64,000 nucleotides of DNA from an uncultured Actinomycetota bacterium. Lineage in GTDB: Bacteria > Actinomycetota > Actinomycetes > JAFAQI01. The stretch lies in contig CAVYQE010000002.1 in the NCBI GenBank assembly GCA_963770565.1, positions 64,001 to 128,000 of the forward strand. Reading direction: 5' to 3'. The notes beneath the pieces were generated by a model. The model worked only from the letters and a program-made list of their open reading frames with translations. It was not told the DNA's origin and did not search any database. The first letter of the stretch is position 1. Every line of letters begins with the position of its first letter. Positions 59,537 to 64,000 of the stretch are shown piece after piece. A program made the position numbers and the translations under genes.

Positions 59537-60648
59537 GCCAGGGTCTGAACTTCCACCGAGAGAACGCGTGGCAGGTCGTGGACGATCGGCTGCCAGCTGT
59601 CGCCGGCATCCGCCGACCCGTAGACCTGACCGCCGGTCGTGCCGAAGTAGATCCCGCACGGGTCGAGGGAGTCGATCGCCATTGCGTCGCGCAGCACGTT
59701 GTGGAAGCAGTTCTCCTGGGGCAGCCCGTTGGTGAGCGGCTCCCACTCCTCGCCGCCGACCCGGCTGCGATAGACCCGCAGCTTGCCCTCGGGCGGGTAG
59801 TGCAGCGAGTCGCTGGTGATCGGTACGACGTAGACCGTGTCGGGCTCATGCGCGTGCACGGCGATCGGGAACCCGAAGTCGCTCGGGAGGTTGCCGCTGA
59901 TCTCGCGCCAATTGCTGCCGCGGTCGTCGCTGCGCATGACGTCCCAGTGCTTCTGCATGAACAGCGTGTCGGGCCGGTCTGGGTGCCGGGTGATCCGGTG
60001 CACGCAGTGACCGACCTCCGCGTCCTCGTCCGGGATGCCACCAGAGCGCAGGCCGCGGTTGGCCGGCTCCCAGGTCTGCCCGGCATCGTCACTGCGGAAC
60101 GCACCGGCCGCCGAGATCGCCACGTGCAGCCGGTCAGGATCGACGGGGTCGATCAGGACCGTGTGCACGCACATGCCGCCGGCGCCGGGTTGCCAGTCGG
60201 GCCCGGTGCGGTGGGTTCGCAGACCGGCCAGCTCGTGCCAGGTCACCCCGCCGTCGGTGGTCTTGAACAGCGCGGCATCCTCCGCACCGGCGTAGACCAG
60301 GTCGGGGTCGGTCGCCGACGGCTCGAGGTGCCAGACCCGGGCGAACTCCCACGGGTGCGGGGTGCCGTCGTACCACTGATGCGTTCCCGGCGTGCCGTCG
60401 TAGGCGAACTGGTTGCCCACCGCCTCCCAGCTGCGGCCGCCGTCATCCGAGCGCTGGATCACCTGCCCGAACCACCCGGAGGTCTGCGAGGCGTAGATCC
60501 GGTCGGGCTCGGCCGGGCTGCCGGCCAGGTGATAGACCTCCCAACCGCCGAAGTGCGGACCGCTCACCTCCCAGTCGGCGCGCCGGCCGTCCGAGGTCAG
60601 GACGAACGCGCCCTTTGCAGTGCCCACCAGCAGTCGTACGCCGCTCAA
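59533..60648 (-). CDS. Cytoplasmic BNR/Asp-box beta-propeller protein (sialidase/Ycf48-like)
   Basis: LLVGTAKG, repeated [32 protein letters not shown] boxes; no signal peptide; TTG start with GAGGAG RBS. Confidence 0.88.
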   Translation of the reverse strand: MSGVRLLVGTAKGAFVLTSDGRRADWEVSGPHFGGWEVYHLAGSPAEPDRIYASQTSGWFGQVIQRSDDGGRSWEAVGNQFAYDGTPGTHQWYDGTPHPWEFARVWHLEPSATDPDLVYAGAEDAALFKTTDGGVTWHELAGLRTHRTGPDWQPGAGGMCVHTVLIDPVDPDRLHVAISAAGAFRSDDAGQTWEPANRGLRSGGIPDEDAEVGHCVHRITRHPDRPDTLFMQKHWDVMRSDDRGSNWREISGNLPSDFGFPIAVHAHEPDTVYVVPITSDSLHYPPEGKLRVYRSRVGGEEWEPLTNGLPQENCFHNVLRDAMAIDSLDPCGIYFGTTGGQVYGSADAGDSWQPIVHDLPRVLSVEVQTLA

Positions 60649-60768
60649 TTCGACTCCTCGATTCGTGTGTGAACCCGGCCCGGGTCGGCTTGTGGCCTGC
60701 CGAGCGCCCACAGTTTGGCGTGCACCACTGACATCCGTGGGTCACGAATAGGTTCCGATCAGGAATAC

Positions 60769-61740
60769 CTATGAAGTGCCTACTTTTTGGGCGCGCTGAG
60801 TGGCGAGCAGCAGCCGGTCGCCGGCGGCGAGCACAGGATCGGTCCCGATCCCGAGGTCGACCGTGCCATTACGGACGATCGCAAGCACCAGACCCGCGTG
60901 GTCGCGGCGGATCGCGCTAAGCACCTTTCCGACCGCGGCGGGATCCGCGTCGATCTCGACAAGGGCGTGGTCGTCGGAATCCATCAGCTGCTCGACCAGC
61001 GGGCCGGCGTGCGGGGTCTCGAGGCTCTTGGCCAGGGTGTGCGCGACCAGGCCGTCCACCGAAAGGGTCTGCTGGACGCCGAGCGCTTCGAGCGCATCGC
61101 GAACGGTGTTGGAGTTGGTGAGCGCGGTCATCGGCACGTCGGGCGCCGCGCGTCGGAGCAGCACCGCACTCACCAGCACGTCGCCGTCGTTGGTGGCGGT
61201 GACGAGGATGTGGTCGGCGCCGACCGGCCGGCCGCGGGCAATCACCGCCGGGTCGGTCGGGGCGCCGTGGATGACGTGCACATCGCTCGGGACGAGACTC
61301 GCGTCGAGGTCGCCGATCACGACCACGTCGACGTCGACGGCGTCCAGCTCGCGGACGATGGCGGGAATGGTCTGATGGTTCCCGACGACCAGGCGGTAGG
61401 TGCCGGTCGGGAAGTGACGTTCCATCTGCATGAACCTCCGGATTCCTGCCGAGACCGACGCGCCGGTGACGACCGCAAAGATCGCTCCGAGCAACGGGAT
61501 CGCGGTCAACATGACGAGCGAGGCGACGACGCGGCCGGATGAGTTGTGCGGCGAGATGTCGCCGTACCCGACCGTCGTCGCCGTCGTGACGGCCCAGTAG
61601 AGCGCGCTGCCGTAGCCGATCCCCTGGGTCGCGGCGAACAGACCGGCACCACCGAGCACCACGACGACGAACCCACCGAACAACATTGCGAGGTGCCGGC
61701 GCACGCGAACGCTGAAGAACTTCGCGAGGAAGATCAGCAC
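60769..61740 (-). CDS. 2-TM potassium channel with RCK (TrkA-like) domains
   Basis: TTATTVGYGD selectivity filter followed by TrkA-N/TrkA-C-like domains. Confidence 0.9.
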   Translation of the reverse strand: MLIFLAKFFSVRVRRHLAMLFGGFVVVVLGGAGLFAATQGIGYGSALYWAVTTATTVGYGDISPHNSSGRVVASLVMLTAIPLLGAIFAVVTGASVSAGIRRFMQMERHFPTGTYRLVVGNHQTIPAIVRELDAVDVDVVVIGDLDASLVPSDVHVIHGAPTDPAVIARGRPVGADHILVTATNDGDVLVSAVLLRRAAPDVPMTALTNSNTVRDALEALGVQQTLSVDGLVAHTLAKSLETPHAGPLVEQLMDSDDHALVEIDADPAAVGKVLSAIRRDHAGLVLAIVRNGTVDLGIGTDPVLAAGDRLLLATQRAQKVGTS

Positions 61741-61797
61741 GCGGACAGTGTCCCCGACCGCGGCGCCACATCCCGGCGCGAATCGCGCAGGGTCGGG

Positions 61798-63288
61798 CTA
61801 GTCAGCCAGTGGCAGCCGTACGACGAACGTCGTGTTGCCGGGCTGGCTCGACAGTGTGACGTCACCACCGTGGGCCCGCGCGACGGCGGCCACGATCGCC
61901 AGGCCGAGACCACTGCCGCCGGTCATCGGGGCCCGGCCCGGGTCGGCTCGGTAGAACCGCTCGAACACCCGCGGCTGCGCAGCTGCCGGGATGCCCGGTC
62001 CGTCATCGCTCACCCGCAGCACCGCGAACCGGCCCAGATCGTCCCGGGTCGCGGTCAACTGCACCGTGGTGCCAGGCGGGGTGTGAGTTCGTGCGTTCGT
62101 CAGCATGTTGGTCACCAGCTCGCGGAGCCGGTGGTCGTCACCCATGACGATGATCGGCTCCCGCGGCAGGTCGAGCAGCCAGTGATGGTCGCGGCTGGCC
62201 GCCTGAGCATCGTCTATCGCTTCGATCGCGAGCCGGCTCAGGTCGACGTCCTGGCGCTCGAGCGGGCGCCCGGCATCGAGTCGCGCCAGCAGCAACAGGT
62301 CGTCGACCAGCACCCCCATCCGCTCGGCCTCGGACTCGATCCGCGCCATCGCCGACAGCACCGGCTCCGGAAGCGGCTCGCGCAGCCGTCGCACCGATTC
62401 GGCGTGACCGCGGATGGCCGCGACCGGCGTTCGCAACTCGTGCGAGGCGTCGGCGATGAACTGCCGCAGCCGCTGCTCGGTGTCGCGGCGGGTCAGCAGG
62501 CTCGACTCGACGTGGTCGAGCATGTGGTTGAACGCGACCCCGAGCTGGCCGACCTCGGTGCCGGGCATCGGCGTCTGCACCCGATGCGACAGCTCCGGGT
62601 CGTCCTCGGCCAGCGACGACTCGCTGACCCGCCGCGCGGTCGCCGTGACCCGGGTCAGCGGTCGAAGCGAGAGCCCGATCAGCCATCCACCGGTTACCAC
62701 CGTGATCAGCAGTACGCCACCGAAGACCGCGAGCTCGACCACCAGCAGCTCCGCCAAGGTCTCGTGCAGTGGCTTCAAGGGCAGGCCGACCACGACCCGG
62801 TCGCCGTCTCGCAACGTCGCGGCGCGCAGGCGGTAGTCACCGAACAAGCCGAGATCGCGCGAGACGTAGCGACCGACCGGCAGCGCGACCAGAATCTGTC
62901 GCACGTCGGCTGGCGCGACCGGCGGGTGATGCCGGCCGACGATGCCGATCGTGCTCAGCTGAGTCCCGGTGATCCTGGCGCCCAGGGTTCCTTGGGCCTG
63001 CCCCCGCGCGTCGCCGAAGCCGTCGTCCGCGTCGTCGTCGCCGTCGTTGGTGACCAGCGAGCGGCCGGACTCGTCAGCGGCGGACACGTAACGGGCGCTC
63101 GCCGCGTTGACCTGTTGATCGAGGCGGCCGAGCAGGAAGCGGTTGAGCGCCAGGACGGTCACCAGCGCGATGACCGCGAACGCGCCGACCATCACCGCGA
63201 GGATGCTGGCGAGCACGCGGAACCGAAGAGTACGGCGCTCCCACCACGGCGTACCCACGGGCGTCTCGCGGCGTCGCCGACGGGTCAC
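61798..63288 (-). CDS. Membrane sensor histidine kinase (TcrY/TrcS-like)
   Basis: Two TM segments, HAMP, FIADASHELRTP, NARTHT, DDGPG, FERFYR, GSGLGLAI. Confidence 0.93.
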   Translation of the reverse strand: MTRRRRRETPVGTPWWERRTLRFRVLASILAVMVGAFAVIALVTVLALNRFLLGRLDQQVNAASARYVSAADESGRSLVTNDGDDDADDGFGDARGQAQGTLGARITGTQLSTIGIVGRHHPPVAPADVRQILVALPVGRYVSRDLGLFGDYRLRAATLRDGDRVVVGLPLKPLHETLAELLVVELAVFGGVLLITVVTGGWLIGLSLRPLTRVTATARRVSESSLAEDDPELSHRVQTPMPGTEVGQLGVAFNHMLDHVESSLLTRRDTEQRLRQFIADASHELRTPVAAIRGHAESVRRLREPLPEPVLSAMARIESEAERMGVLVDDLLLLARLDAGRPLERQDVDLSRLAIEAIDDAQAASRDHHWLLDLPREPIIVMGDDHRLRELVTNMLTNARTHTPPGTTVQLTATRDDLGRFAVLRVSDDGPGIPAAAQPRVFERFYRADPGRAPMTGGSGLGLAIVAAVARAHGGDVTLSSQPGNTTFVVRLPLAD

Positions 63289-64000
63289 GACGGCGGACGG
63301 AGCACGTAGCCGGCCCCCCGAACCGTGTGGATCATCGGCGTCCGGCCAGCGTCCACCTTCTTGCGCAAGTAGGAGATGTAGAGCTCGACCACATGGGCCT
63401 GGCCGCCGAAGTCGTACTGCCAGACCCGGTCGAGGATCTGCGCCTTGCTCAGGACCCGCCGCGGGTTGTGCATGAGGTATCGGAGCAGTTCGAACTCGGT
63501 GCCGGTCAGGTCGATCGGAGTGCCGCCGCGCTGCACCTCGTGCGCGTCCTCGTCCAGGGTGAGGTCGCCGACCGAGAGGACCGATGAGCCGGCCGCCTGT
63601 GCCATGCCCATCCGCCGGAGCACACCGCGCAACCGCGCCAAGACCTCTTCGAGGCTGAACGGCTTGGTCACGTAGTCGTCACCACCGGCGGTGATGCCGG
63701 CGATCCGGTCTTCGACCGCGTCCCGCGCGGTGAGGAAGACCACGCAAACGGTCGGGTTGTCGGCCCGCAGCTTCGCCATGACCGCGATCCCGTCGATGTC
63801 CGGGAGCATCACGTCGAGGATCACGGCGTCGGGGCGGAACGTCCGCGCCACGTTCACCGCGTCAGCGCCGGTGCCGGCGGTTTCGACCGCCCAGCCCTCA
63901 TAGCGCAAGACCCGGGAGAGCAGTTCCGCCAGGCTGGGTTCGTCGTCGACGACCAGCACCCGGGCCGGCGTACCGTCCGCCCGGGTCAGCGCGGACGACG
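63285..64000 (-). CDS. OmpR-family response regulator (TcrX/TrcR-like), 5'-truncated by window
   Basis: LTRADGTPARVLVVDDE, LDVMLPD, FLTARD, DDYVTKPF, VELYISYLRKK, HTVRGAGY. Confidence 0.93.
   Translation of the reverse strand, partial: SSALTRADGTPARVLVVDDEPSLAELLSRVLRYEGWAVETAGTGADAVNVARTFRPDAVILDVMLPDIDGIAVMAKLRADNPTVCVVFLTARDAVEDRIAGITAGGDDYVTKPFSLEEVLARLRGVLRRMGMAQAAGSSVLSVGDLTLDEDAHEVQRGGTPIDLTGTEFELLRYLMHNPRRVLSKAQILDRVWQYDFGGQAHVVELYISYLRKKVDAGRTPMIHTVRGAGYVLRPPS

Overview
High-GC actinobacterial chromosomal segment, mostly core genome. It contains no recognisable transposase, prophage, tRNA/rRNA or CRISPR array. The left half holds the conserved actinobacterial block kgd-DUF6104, malic enzyme, a polar amino-acid ABC transporter, sodX/sodN, rsbW-sigF, DAG kinase-whiB1-pdtaS, BCCP/biotin carboxylase, bL37, rsrA-sigR, rsgA and hisN. 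The right half is accessory-like: a tuberculostearic-acid-type FAD oxidoreductase/cfa pair, MMPL, secreted proteins, and a cell-envelope glycosylation island. The most notable item is sqdB (UDP-sulfoquinovose synthase) without a neighbouring sqdX. It sits in an operon with a DPM1-like GT2, a flippase-like protein and an HD-domain protein, divergent from a GT-C transferase and upstream of an unannotated Fe(II)/2OG-like oxygenase. By inference this is a candidate lipid-carrier-dependent sulfoquinovosylation system. Other signals include several families of palindromic intergenic repeats (two with about 31-bp periodicity), a two-promoter/two-isoform sigR architecture, CRP- and DasR-like sites before whiB1, and many apparently leaderless genes. 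Four single-base insertions (one in kgd, three in pilT) are most likely sequencing errors. All assignments come from reading motifs by eye; no database searches were run.
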